The notes under the pieces are model-generated. The model did not search any database and was not told the origin of the DNA. It saw nothing but the letters and a program-made list of their open reading frames with translations. 64,000 nt of DNA from an uncultured delta proteobacterium (GTDB taxonomy: Bacteria; Desulfobacterota; Desulfobacteria; Desulfobacterales; JAFDCJ01): NCBI GenBank assembly GCA_963769935.1, contig CAVYNY010000016.1:224001-288000 (forward strand), written 5' to 3'. The stretch's first letter is position 1, and every line of letters starts with the position of its first letter. Both the position numbers and the translations under genes were made by a program. Positions 1 to 9,159 of the stretch are shown here, piece by piece.

Positions 1-2177
1 TCGAGGAACTTTTGGGAATAAAAAACGACGATGAAGCCTTCAGCGGTCTGGACCCCCAGCAGAAACGGGAGCGGACCTTTGAAGCCATCCGGGATCTTTT
101 CTTGCGCATCAGCCAGGAACACCCGCTGATTATAGCGGTCGAAGATTTACACTGGATCGACAGGACCTCGGAGGATTTCCTGGACTATCTGCTCGGGTGG
201 CTCGCCAACAGCAAAATCATGCTCCTTTTGCTGTATCGTCAGGAATATACCCATCACTGGGGCAGCAAATCCTACTACACCCAGATCGGCCTGAGCCAGC
301 TGCGCACAGCTTCCAGCACCAAACTGCTTCAAGCCATCCTGGAAGGCAATGAAATTGCCCCCGAAATCAGGGAGCTTATCCTGGCCAGAGCCGCAGGCAA
401 CCCGCTATTCATCGAAGAATTTACCCGGACGCTGCTGGAAAACGGCACCATCAAATGCGAGGAACGCTGCTATATCCTTGATCGCCGGGCAGCTCAGATG
501 GATGTGCCCGACACCATCCAGGGACTGATTGCCGCCCGCATAGACCGTCTGGAGGAAAATATCAAGCGTACCATGCAGGTCGCCTCGGTAATCGGCCGGG
601 ATTTTGCCTATCGCATCCTGCAATCCACCACCGGCATGCACGACGAACTTAAAGCCTACCTTCTCAACCTTCAGGTTCTGGAGTTTATCTATGAAAAATG
701 CCTGTTCCCGGAGCTGGAATACATCTTCAAACACGCACTGATCCAGGAGGTGACCTATTACAGTCTTCTGACGGCACGCCGCAAAGAACTGCACCGCAAA
801 GTCGGACAGGCCATGGCAGAGCACTTTGCGGGCCGCTTAAACGAATACAGCAATGTTATCGGCGAACACTTTTTGCGCGGCGAAGACTGGGAACGCGCCT
901 ACGTTTATCTCAGCCGGGCCGGCGATGCGGCTATCCGGCTCTATGCACATGCCGAGGCCAGAACTCACTTCACCGATTCTCTCGAGGCGCTGGAACACAT
1001 GGAAGATACAGAAAAAAACGTCAGGCGGCAGATTGATACCATCATCAAACTGACAGGGTCTTCATGGCTGACAGATCCGGCGGATGTTCTTCTAAAGCGT
1101 CTGGACAAAGCCGAACGCCTGCTATCCTCATTGTCGGATTCGGCTGAACGATCACCTGAAGACGCATTGTTCCTGGCGCGCGTCCATTTCTGGAAGGGCC
1201 GGGCTTATTATCAGCGCGGTGATATGAGAGAAGCTCTCGGCTATTACAAGCAGGTCCTGCCGGTAGCCCAGCAGGCGGACGATGCGGAACTTCTGGTTAT
1301 CCCTACGGGTGCGATCGGCCAGGCCTTGGTGGTGCAGGGCCATCTGGAAAAGGGCACCACCATGCTCAGTCAGGCTATTCCGGTGTTTGCAAAGATGGCG
1401 CGTTGGCCGCAGTGGATCCAGGCTAAAAGCTTTTACGGTGCTGCAATTGCCGGCATGGGCGACTGGAAGCAGGGGCTGTCCGAAGGTCAGGACGCGCTGA
1501 CCAAGTCCCACGAATTTAGATCTTTCACCGGAATCGGTGTCAGCCAGAATTGTATCGGGTATGCGTATTTGTTTGGCGGAGAACCGCAGCGGGCCATGGA
1601 GGCGGCCCAAGCCGCCGTGGAGGCCGCCAAGCAATCAAAAGATCTTATTTATCAGTATGTGGGTTATGCGCTCTGGGCTTGGTCTGCAGGCCGTTGCGGA
1701 CAATTGGATATCGCCGCTGATAAGATGATTAGATCGGACGAAGTGGCCCGGCAACTGGGCGGTAAAGTCATCATGAGCGACGTATCCCTGGCAGCCAGGG
1801 CCGAAATTACCCTTTTAAAAGGGGAATGGACCGAAGCAATCGAGCTGGCCAGGCAGACCCTGGAAGTCGCCCAAATGACGGGAGCCGCCTGGTCGGCAGG
1901 GGTTGCCTATCGCGTGTGGGGGCAGGCTCTGGTAAACCTTGATCCGCCGGGCTGGGAAGAGGCCGAGAAACAATTTGCGGAAAGCATCAAGGTTTTGGAA
2001 ATCGGAAAAAATCGACTGGAAGCGGCCCGAACGCACCTGGTCTGGGGCAAAGTATGCCGTGACCACGGCGATACAGCTGCGGCACACTATCACTGGGAGC
2101 TGGCCAACCGGCAGTTTACGGAAAGCGATTCCACCCAGGAAATACAGAAAGTTCAGCAGCTGATGGCGGCACTTTAG
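1..2177 (+). CDS. STAND-type AAA ATPase-TPR protein (probably the C-terminal part of an adenylate/guanylate cyclase-ATPase-TPR protein), 5'-truncated by the window
   Basis: Frame is open from the window edge. Walker B-like IAVEDLHWID, GNPLFIEE motif, YIFKHALIQE, then TPR-like helices. The cyclase domain itself is not visible. Confidence 0.8.
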   Translation, partial: EELLGIKNDDEAFSGLDPQQKRERTFEAIRDLFLRISQEHPLIIAVEDLHWIDRTSEDFLDYLLGWLANSKIMLLLLYRQEYTHHWGSKSYYTQIGLSQLRTASSTKLLQAILEGNEIAPEIRELILARAAGNPLFIEEFTRTLLENGTIKCEERCYILDRRAAQMDVPDTIQGLIAARIDRLEENIKRTMQVASVIGRDFAYRILQSTTGMHDELKAYLLNLQVLEFIYEKCLFPELEYIFKHALIQEVTYYSLLTARRKELHRKVGQAMAEHFAGRLNEYSNVIGEHFLRGEDWERAYVYLSRAGDAAIRLYAHAEARTHFTDSLEALEHMEDTEKNVRRQIDTIIKLTGSSWLTDPADVLLKRLDKAERLLSSLSDSAERSPEDALFLARVHFWKGRAYYQRGDMREALGYYKQVLPVAQQADDAELLVIPTGAIGQALVVQGHLEKGTTMLSQAIPVFAKMARWPQWIQAKSFYGAAIAGMGDWKQGLSEGQDALTKSHEFRSFTGIGVSQNCIGYAYLFGGEPQRAMEAAQAAVEAAKQSKDLIYQYVGYALWAWSAGRCGQLDIAADKMIRSDEVARQLGGKVIMSDVSLAARAEITLLKGEWTEAIELARQTLEVAQMTGAAWSAGVAYRVWGQALVNLDPPGWEEAEKQFAESIKVLEIGKNRLEAARTHLVWGKVCRDHGDTAAAHYHWELANRQFTESDSTQEIQKVQQLMAAL

Positions 2178-2297
2178 TGAGAAGGTAGGAAGGTGAGAAA
2201 TTGAGAGATGGCGAAGTTGTGATGTTCTGAAGATCAAATCCGATTCAACTCAATCAACCAAATCAACTTAATCAACTTAATCAACGATTCAACCAAG
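2178..2297 (+). repeat. Composite low-complexity repeat: purine-rich 8-mers (GAGAAGGT-like), AAATCCGATTCA, then 9-mers (CTYAATCAA-like)
   Basis: Read directly; the same composite recurs at 58797-59180. Confidence 0.8.
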
Positions 2298-2299
2298 CG

Positions 2300-3850
2300 A
2301 TGAAAAAGAAGCGGATTTTAATTGTCAACTGCGGTCTGGATGAATTTCGGCTAAATATTCGGCGGGTCAGAAGATTACCGTTTTCCATGGCGCCCGCCTT
2401 TCTGGCCGGTATTCTCTCGCCCGAGCGTTGTGATGTCAAAATTTATGACGAAATCTACAGCGGTCCGCTGGAAGATGAGAAGCGGCTGAGCTGGCCCGAC
2501 ATGCTGATTCTGACCGGGATGAATTCCACATTTGACCGTATGCTGCATTTAACAGCCTATGCGCGTACTAAAAATAATAAAGTGATCGTTGTCGCCGGCG
2601 GACCGATTATTCGTAACATTCCGCAGTTCGCCGGCCGCTTCTTTGACTACCCCTGCACCGGCGACATCGAAACGCTGCGGTTCGTTATTGAAGAGGCCTT
2701 TGGCAGGGAGTACGTTTCGAGCGCATTCCTTGAAAAAGGGTGGTCGATCCCACGCTATGATCTGGCCTATTTTATGAAAGACATGGCGTATGTAGAATCG
2801 AGTCGATACTGCAACTATCGCTGCAATTTTTGCGGCCTCAGCGCCGAAAACAGAAAATATCAGCCGTATGACCTGGCCTATCTGAAAGAACAGTTTGAGG
2901 CCTTGGGAAAACGCAAGCTGGTGCTTTTTTTGGACAATAATTTCGGCGGCCCCAATCGCCGCTTTTTAATTCAACGATTGAAACTGCTGAAAGAATTGCA
3001 CGAGAAAAAATCATTCTGGCGCTGGAGCGCCCTGGTTTCCAATGACTTCTTCTTTGAAGATGAAAATCTGGAACTCGCCCGTAATTCCGGCTGTGTGGGA
3101 CTTTTCAGCGGTGTCGAATCTTTTGACGAACAAGCTTTGCTCAATTTTAACAAGCATCAGAATATCCACATACCCCAGGTCGAGCTCATAAAAAAATGCC
3201 TTGAAGCCGGCATTAACTTTTTTTACGGCATGCTGGTCGACGTTTCGACCAGATCGCTGCACGATATAAAGAAGGAATTGGACTTTTTGCTCGACACGCC
3301 GCACATAACGCTGCCGGCCTTCGTCACCCTGGCTATTCCTCTGTTGGGAACTCCGTTTTTCTATGACTGTGTCAGGCAAAAACGATTTTTGCCGAATGTC
3401 AAGCTGCGGGATCTTGACGGCAAAACCCTGTCGTTGAAACCGATCGATCCCCTGCCGAAAGTTGTACGGTTCGTCAAAGATATCCAGTGCCTCGCCGGCT
3501 ATCGCACCCGCATACTTCGACATCAAAAAGAATTTTTTCGAATATACAGAAAACGGCTGCCGCCGGAGGCGATGTTCACCGAGATTTTCAACAGCCTGCT
3601 GCTCGCCGCACCGAATCTGGCCACGGCCCCCACCGCCATCGGCCGCGTGCTGATGAGCAGATTCAAGTACAAACGTACCTTTCTGAGTACAACCGAGGCT
3701 CTGGATCCGGCCTATACTCCGGCCTTTCGGGTTGACGCCCGCTACGCGTCTTACTTCCAACCAACCATGCTGACAGACAGCGAAGGCAACCTGGTTGAAG
3801 AACTGCACGCAGATCTATCCGAAAAGATGCCGGCCGGGTTGGCCAACTAG
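2300..3850 (+). CDS. Radical SAM protein with N-terminal cobalamin-binding-like domain
   Basis: CNYRCNFC (CX3CX2C), VVAGGP, FLDNNF and FSGVESF motifs. Confidence 0.85.
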   Translation: MKKKRILIVNCGLDEFRLNIRRVRRLPFSMAPAFLAGILSPERCDVKIYDEIYSGPLEDEKRLSWPDMLILTGMNSTFDRMLHLTAYARTKNNKVIVVAGGPIIRNIPQFAGRFFDYPCTGDIETLRFVIEEAFGREYVSSAFLEKGWSIPRYDLAYFMKDMAYVESSRYCNYRCNFCGLSAENRKYQPYDLAYLKEQFEALGKRKLVLFLDNNFGGPNRRFLIQRLKLLKELHEKKSFWRWSALVSNDFFFEDENLELARNSGCVGLFSGVESFDEQALLNFNKHQNIHIPQVELIKKCLEAGINFFYGMLVDVSTRSLHDIKKELDFLLDTPHITLPAFVTLAIPLLGTPFFYDCVRQKRFLPNVKLRDLDGKTLSLKPIDPLPKVVRFVKDIQCLAGYRTRILRHQKEFFRIYRKRLPPEAMFTEIFNSLLLAAPNLATAPTAIGRVLMSRFKYKRTFLSTTEALDPAYTPAFRVDARYASYFQPTMLTDSEGNLVEELHADLSEKMPAGLAN

Positions 3851-3865
3851 GATTGCTTCGTTGAA

Positions 3866-3892
3866 TCTGATTTTTCCTCTCAGAAAATCAGA
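3866..3892. terminator. Hairpin between convergent radical SAM genes (possible bidirectional terminator)
   Basis: TCTGATTTT...AAAATCAGA inverted repeat. Confidence 0.4.
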
Positions 3893-3904
3893 CCCAAAAA
3901 ATAA

Positions 3905-3935
3905 CTCTCTGCGTCCTTTGCGCCTCTGCGGTGAA
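3905..3935 (+). repeat. Single arm of a 9-mer tandem element (CTCTCTGCG TCCTTTGCG CCTCTGCGG TGAA)
   Basis: Three imperfect 9-mers in the intergenic space. Confidence 0.55.
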
Positions 3936-3960
3936 ATTCAGCTATTTTTTCTTCAGTGAA

Positions 3961-5583
3961 TTATAATTTCCGGTTTGCTGTGTCTGGTGATATCAGCTGG
4001 CGATAGTTCATCAACAGATCGGGCTGCAGGGCTTCATTCAAATTGCCCTGTTGATCGGTGAGCATGGTCGGTTTGAAATAGTCCTCATATTTTGATGTGA
4101 GCCGAAATGCCGGCTGATAAACCGAATCCAGCCGTTCGGTTGATCCGACATAAGTCCGGGTGTGCCTACCATAGCCAGGGCCGAAAATACGGCCGAGATC
4201 CGTGCCCAGCGTCGCCAATTTCGGTGTGCAGAGATGAAAAGCACAGTATTGCGCAAAGCCCATCCGCTCCCAGGAGAGGACCGTTCGGTACCTTTTATAG
4301 AAGTCTTTCATATGCCGCACGATTCTTCTCTTATACCCCCTGAGCGTTTGGAAATCTTGCACGAATTGAACAGCCCGCGGCATCGAGTCCAGGGGTTTTA
4401 AGGTTATCGTCGTGCCGTCCAGATCCCTCAATTTGACATTCGGTAAAAATCGTTCTTGTTCGAGGCAATCATAAAAGTAAGGTGTTTTCAAAAGCGGTAT
4501 GGCCAGCGTAACAAAGGCCGGCAGCGTGATGTCCGGATTGCCGACAATGAAATCCAGCTCTGCTTTAAGCTCCGGGATTCGGCGGGTGGTTAGATCCAGG
4601 ACAATGCCATATAAGAAGGTAATGCCGGCGTCCAGACACTTGCGAATCATTTGCACCTGCGGAAGGGTGGTGTTTTGATATTTACGAAAGTGCAAAAGGG
4701 ATTTGCGGTCAAAGGATTCGACGCCGCAAAAAAGGGCCAGGCATCCGCAATTATAAGCCATCTTCAGGTTTTCGTCGTTGAAAAAAAAATCACTGGTAAC
4801 CTCCGCCCCCCAGCGGTGAAAATAGCCGGCTTCGTGTAATTCCTGAAGCAATTCAAAACGGTCCCGCAAAACCTGCCGATCCGGCGATGCAAAATTGTTG
4901 TCGAGAAAATGCACCATCCGCCGTCTGCCGAGGGCCATAAACTGCGCGCGCAGGTATTCTATTTCGTATGGTTGATATTTGCAATCCTCGGCGGTCAGCG
5001 AGCAGTAACTGCACCGGAAGTAACAGTTTCTGCTGGACTCAATATAAGACATTATGGTCATCCAGGGGACCAGATCAAAGCGGGGAACTACCCATCCGGT
5101 TTCTAAATATGATTCGGAAACATAAGACGGCCCGAATACCTCTTTAATGACGTCTGCCAGTTGCTCGATATCTCCCGTACAACAATAGTCAAAGAAATTT
5201 TTCGAGTATTCAGGCAGGGCCCGGATAGCCGATCCGCCCGCCACGACCACTGCTTTGCGGTTTTTCGATTTAACATAGGCGGTCAGATGGAGCATTCTGT
5301 CAAAGGAAGTATTGACGCCTGTCAGCACCAGCATGTCAGGGGCGGACAAAAGACGCTCATTCTCCAGGGGACCGCCGTAAAGCTCGCTGTACAGCGTGAT
5401 GTTGCAGAGGCTGGCAGAAAATAATCCCGCTAAAAAGGCCGGCGTCATGGATTGTGGGATTTTGGTTTTGCGCCGAATCGGGATGCGGAGGTCATCCATA
5501 TAGCAATTGACGATCAGGATGCGTTTTTGAACGCGTACGATAGGTTTTCGCCGGCAGTCGTTCGTGCGTTTGCGGTCTGGCAT
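3961..5583 (-). CDS. Radical SAM protein, paralog of 2300-3850
   Basis: CYFRCSYC; long near-identical stretches shared with the convergent neighbour (KRILIVNC, FDRMLHLTAY, ITLPAFVTLAIPLL, RFLPNVKLRDLDG). Start uncertain. Confidence 0.85.
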   Translation of the reverse strand: MPDRKRTNDCRRKPIVRVQKRILIVNCYMDDLRIPIRRKTKIPQSMTPAFLAGLFSASLCNITLYSELYGGPLENERLLSAPDMLVLTGVNTSFDRMLHLTAYVKSKNRKAVVVAGGSAIRALPEYSKNFFDYCCTGDIEQLADVIKEVFGPSYVSESYLETGWVVPRFDLVPWMTIMSYIESSRNCYFRCSYCSLTAEDCKYQPYEIEYLRAQFMALGRRRMVHFLDNNFASPDRQVLRDRFELLQELHEAGYFHRWGAEVTSDFFFNDENLKMAYNCGCLALFCGVESFDRKSLLHFRKYQNTTLPQVQMIRKCLDAGITFLYGIVLDLTTRRIPELKAELDFIVGNPDITLPAFVTLAIPLLKTPYFYDCLEQERFLPNVKLRDLDGTTITLKPLDSMPRAVQFVQDFQTLRGYKRRIVRHMKDFYKRYRTVLSWERMGFAQYCAFHLCTPKLATLGTDLGRIFGPGYGRHTRTYVGSTERLDSVYQPAFRLTSKYEDYFKPTMLTDQQGNLNEALQPDLLMNYRQLISPDTANRKL

Positions 5584-5606
5584 CAGCAATTTTCCAGCAT
5601 CTAGCT

Positions 5607-7433
5607 TTAATTCAAATCCGTGTAGGGGTCATTCATCAGGTAGTAGGGATTGGCTTTTAGCTTTTCCCAGTCTTTGGCGGCCTGAAGGTAGAGGTTTTGG
5701 AAGTGGTCATTTTTCGTCTCAGGGGAATCCTTTTTTTTCATCTCATCCATGTGCCTCAAAAGATTGTAGCACATTGTCGCCTGTCCACAGGCCAAAAGAT
5801 CGGCCATGTCTTCAGTTGCCAGCCAGAATTTGGTGCCGACGGTTGACGCTTTAGCAACCGTATCCCCGCAAAGCTGCTCGACCCCATCCAGCAGTTTGGC
5901 CATGGTTTCATTCGGTTTTTCTGATCTGGCGGCCTGCTTTTCGACCGTGTCTTTATCACGGATGATGCCGTCAATGACATTGATGATAACTTTGCCTTTC
6001 AAGGGCGGCAGATTAAATACCCTTGCCAGCCCAAGAAACCGGATGCGGTTCAAAAAAACATCCGTGCTCATCGCAATGGCCGAACTTAGCCGCGATTCAA
6101 TCAGGTAACCAAGATCAGAAAATTTCCGCCTTTTAAGATACCGCCAGAGTCGGGGTCTCAAATCCGGATTGTTGCGAAAAGTCGGCTGAGAACCAAAGTA
6201 ATTTTTTAAGCGGCCTGACAGGAAAAGACCGCCGCCGACACACACTAATGACAAGAGCAGCGGTATAACGTACATAAACATATCCCCGATGTGGTTTTGC
6301 CAGTGGCCAAAACGATGCGGATCGGAGAGCAGGTTGGAAATGTAAGCGTAGCCCATACACAGGGTCGAACCTGTGAGCAGCACCAGCGTGATGCTGATGA
6401 TCCATTTGAGTTTTTCCAGATCCAGGAACCCAACCTTTTGCGGTTTGGCAGGCATCTCGTAAATGGGTATTTCTCTAAGCGGTGTATCGGATACAATAAA
6501 CAGATCAATATCATGGGCGCGGTGTTCGGCGGGCTCCTCCCGCCCACCGCCTCCAAACATCCCGGCAAGATTTATATCCCGGGGTATGTAGCCATCGTCT
6601 CCTTTTTCGCGGTCACGCCGGCTGTCGTAGGTGAGCCCTAAAATTTTAAGGATGCTGAAGACTCCCTGATTATCATATACGCCGCCGTCCATCAGGGTGA
6701 TGGATCTTTTATCGTCGGGCTTAACGGGGTCTGCGGGCAATAGCCGGCAGATTTCATCACAGATCCTGCGATTTTTGGGAATCGATGTTGTGTCATCCGG
6801 CCAGCGGAAATCATTTGGGAACTCAATTGGTTCAAATCCAACCGGAATACAGGTTGAAGCGGCCAGAATATCGCACAGGCGGGCCTGCTGAGCATAATTG
6901 GCCGGTAAAGGCGCAAATTCGCTCCCGCTGGGTCGATCTTCGCCACTTTTATAAAACCGAAACCCGACGCCTGTCCTAAATTCAGTCGCATTAAATACGA
7001 TTTCTTCCAGATGACTGGGTTCGCCGTCCCAGAAAAGCTTAAAGCGTTGGTCCTGGCAAAAGTTGAAAAGACCGTTATACACCTCGGCCATATTGACAAT
7101 CATGGTCCTGCGCCCGGAGGGAGCCACCGGCTGTTTGTCGTAGGCTTTTTGAAGCAATCCGACGAGCTGGGCGGGGTCCCGCGGAATGGATTCACGCAAT
7201 TCTCTGTACAGCTTCATCAGGGGTCGCTCCCCATCTTTAGGCTGTTTAGCATACACAGCGTACCCCATCCCCACGGCACTGCCGCCTGAAACTGTGGACA
7301 ACATGCGGACATTGTCCAGAAGACCGATTCGGTCGAGGTAAGACATGCTGCCCAGATGAAATCCAACGGCCCGCGTCCCACCGCCCGACAACGTCAGCGC
7401 GATTCTATCAAATGGTTTTCGATGGAGGTTCAT
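5607..7433 (-). CDS. Patatin-like phospholipase with two predicted TM helices
   Basis: SGGGTRA glycine loop, STVSGGS nucleophile, DGGVYDN catalytic Asp, two hydrophobic segments. Confidence 0.85.
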   Translation of the reverse strand: MNLHRKPFDRIALTLSGGGTRAVGFHLGSMSYLDRIGLLDNVRMLSTVSGGSAVGMGYAVYAKQPKDGERPLMKLYRELRESIPRDPAQLVGLLQKAYDKQPVAPSGRRTMIVNMAEVYNGLFNFCQDQRFKLFWDGEPSHLEEIVFNATEFRTGVGFRFYKSGEDRPSGSEFAPLPANYAQQARLCDILAASTCIPVGFEPIEFPNDFRWPDDTTSIPKNRRICDEICRLLPADPVKPDDKRSITLMDGGVYDNQGVFSILKILGLTYDSRRDREKGDDGYIPRDINLAGMFGGGGREEPAEHRAHDIDLFIVSDTPLREIPIYEMPAKPQKVGFLDLEKLKWIISITLVLLTGSTLCMGYAYISNLLSDPHRFGHWQNHIGDMFMYVIPLLLSLVCVGGGLFLSGRLKNYFGSQPTFRNNPDLRPRLWRYLKRRKFSDLGYLIESRLSSAIAMSTDVFLNRIRFLGLARVFNLPPLKGKVIINVIDGIIRDKDTVEKQAARSEKPNETMAKLLDGVEQLCGDTVAKASTVGTKFWLATEDMADLLACGQATMCYNLLRHMDEMKKKDSPETKNDHFQNLYLQAAKDWEKLKANPYYLMNDPYTDLN

Positions 7434-7801
7434 GGTGATCTTTCTCTGTAATATCGGAAGATGCTATAATTTAGGAATATCGAAGGCGGATCGTGTTGTC
7501 AACGCAGATTTTCTGCTTTGCTTACACTGGCAATTTTAACGAAAAGCTATTTCGATACTCTTTTTTCTCATGCTGGGGATGGCAGATCTGAGGCTTTTTG
7601 TCGTTCTAAACGACTTCCTATTTTGCCAATATTTAGAGAAATCGAAAAGTGTCCAGAAATTTTGATTGTGTGAGAAATCGGGCAGGTGTGGAAAGATGGT
7701 GGAGGCTTTCCGGAGAGTTCTACAAAATTTGAGTTATTAATAAAGCACCAGGCGGCCTCGATTAAGTGTATGTCGAAGAAGGTAACCGCCTTAATAACAT
7801 T

Positions 7802-8233
7802 TCAGTCTTTTATCTGATCAACCAACATCCCTATCGCCTTTTCCATTTTGCAGCTAATCCCTATAAATTCCACGCCAATTCCTGAGGGTCCTGAATGCGC
7901 TACTTGACCTCGAAGTTTTATGGGCTTTTTGAGCCCCTCAAGTCTGAAAGTCATTAAAATTTCCTCCCCAAGAGGCAGACTCTTTCGAGTCTCAATAAGA
8001 AGGCCGCTTTGGCTAATATTTTTAATGTAACTTGAGAATACCTGGTTTTCAGTCGCATAGTAAATCGGGATTTGACAAAGTTTGCGATTATGGATTCTTT
8101 TTTCTTTTAAAAAGAGAGATTCAGCACACCCAATGAGTTTTTTCTGTTGATTCTCATCCAGGCTTAGAATTATCTCAAATAACTTAAGGATAGCGGTATT
8201 ATACCTTTTCACTGCATTTCCCGAAACGCTCAT
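7802..8233 (-). CDS. PilZ-domain protein
   Basis: RIHNR (RxxxR) and NISQSG (D/NxSxxG) motifs. Confidence 0.85.
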   Translation of the reverse strand: MSVSGNAVKRYNTAILKLFEIILSLDENQQKKLIGCAESLFLKEKRIHNRKLCQIPIYYATENQVFSSYIKNISQSGLLIETRKSLPLGEEILMTFRLEGLKKPIKLRGQVAHSGPSGIGVEFIGISCKMEKAIGMLVDQIKD

Positions 8234-8287
8234 TTTATAATACCCTCAACGGTTTGCTATCTGTTTCGATAAAAAGCATGTTAGAAA

Positions 8288-9034
8288 TTATTTTGTGGCC
8301 AATGATCTTAAAATTAAAAACTGCAGTTTAGTTGAACCTATTTTGATTATGTCAAGATTGTTTAATTTAATTGATTCTTTTATAATTTTTTTATTTATCC
8401 GTGGCCTGAAAAATCCTTCGACATAGTTGATATACCAACCATCGGGCGACAAATTAAGGACGGCTGATGTTTTACCAACCCCGAAACCGCTTACCAATAC
8501 ATCGGAATTGGGATCTTTTCCGATCCTGATCATTGGGCCTTTAAGTTGTATCTTTTCTTTTTTTCCGGTTAAATATGATAATACTCCGATATTCTCCCTT
8601 TGCAAATGGCTAATATTTTTATTGGTATCCGACTCAATATTATCTTGATTCTTACTTCTTTCCATCAACTCTCTAAATCTTTTGGTATCTATTTTCATTG
8701 TCTTCGTATTGCCGAAGGTCTTTATTTTTTCCTCTATGATATTATTTGTATTTGAGAATTTTAGGGTATGTTTGCCAATCGTAACAACATCGCCGTCATT
8801 TAGCCAATAGGATTTAATTTGTTGATCATTCACAAAGGACCCGTTTTCACTTTTCATGTCAACGTAAAGAAATTCATTGCCGATAGATTCAATCTTAGCG
8901 TGCTGCGCCGAAACAGCAAGATTGTCTATGACAATATCATTGACGTTGTTTCTACCAATCAGCAAAGTATCACCGGCTCCAATTGGATAATTTCCCAAAC
9001 TTTTATTTTTAAAAAGCAACATTATAGTCGGCAT
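8288..9034 (-). CDS. Tandem FHA-domain protein
   Basis: First FHA canonical (IGR..VSAQHA..SENGSFVN); second FHA degenerate (IGKD). Confidence 0.85.
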   Translation of the reverse strand: MPTIMLLFKNKSLGNYPIGAGDTLLIGRNNVNDIVIDNLAVSAQHAKIESIGNEFLYVDMKSENGSFVNDQQIKSYWLNDGDVVTIGKHTLKFSNTNNIIEEKIKTFGNTKTMKIDTKRFRELMERSKNQDNIESDTNKNISHLQRENIGVLSYLTGKKEKIQLKGPMIRIGKDPNSDVLVSGFGVGKTSAVLNLSPDGWYINYVEGFFRPRINKKIIKESIKLNNLDIIKIGSTKLQFLILRSLATK

Positions 9035-9112
9035 AATAAGCTCTTCCTTACTCTGTTATATCCACTCCGGCTTTTTCATTTAGCAAAAAAAAATGTATCT
9101 TCACAGTCCTAA

Positions 9113-9140
9113 TTATCGGTATATCTTTACAACCCTTTAG
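9113..9140 (-). promoter_or_regulatory. sigma28 (FliA)-type promoter upstream of the FHA gene
   Basis: Minus strand reads CTAAA-N15-ACCGATAA. Confidence 0.7.
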
Positions 9141-9159
9141 CTAATATACGCTGTGGTGA

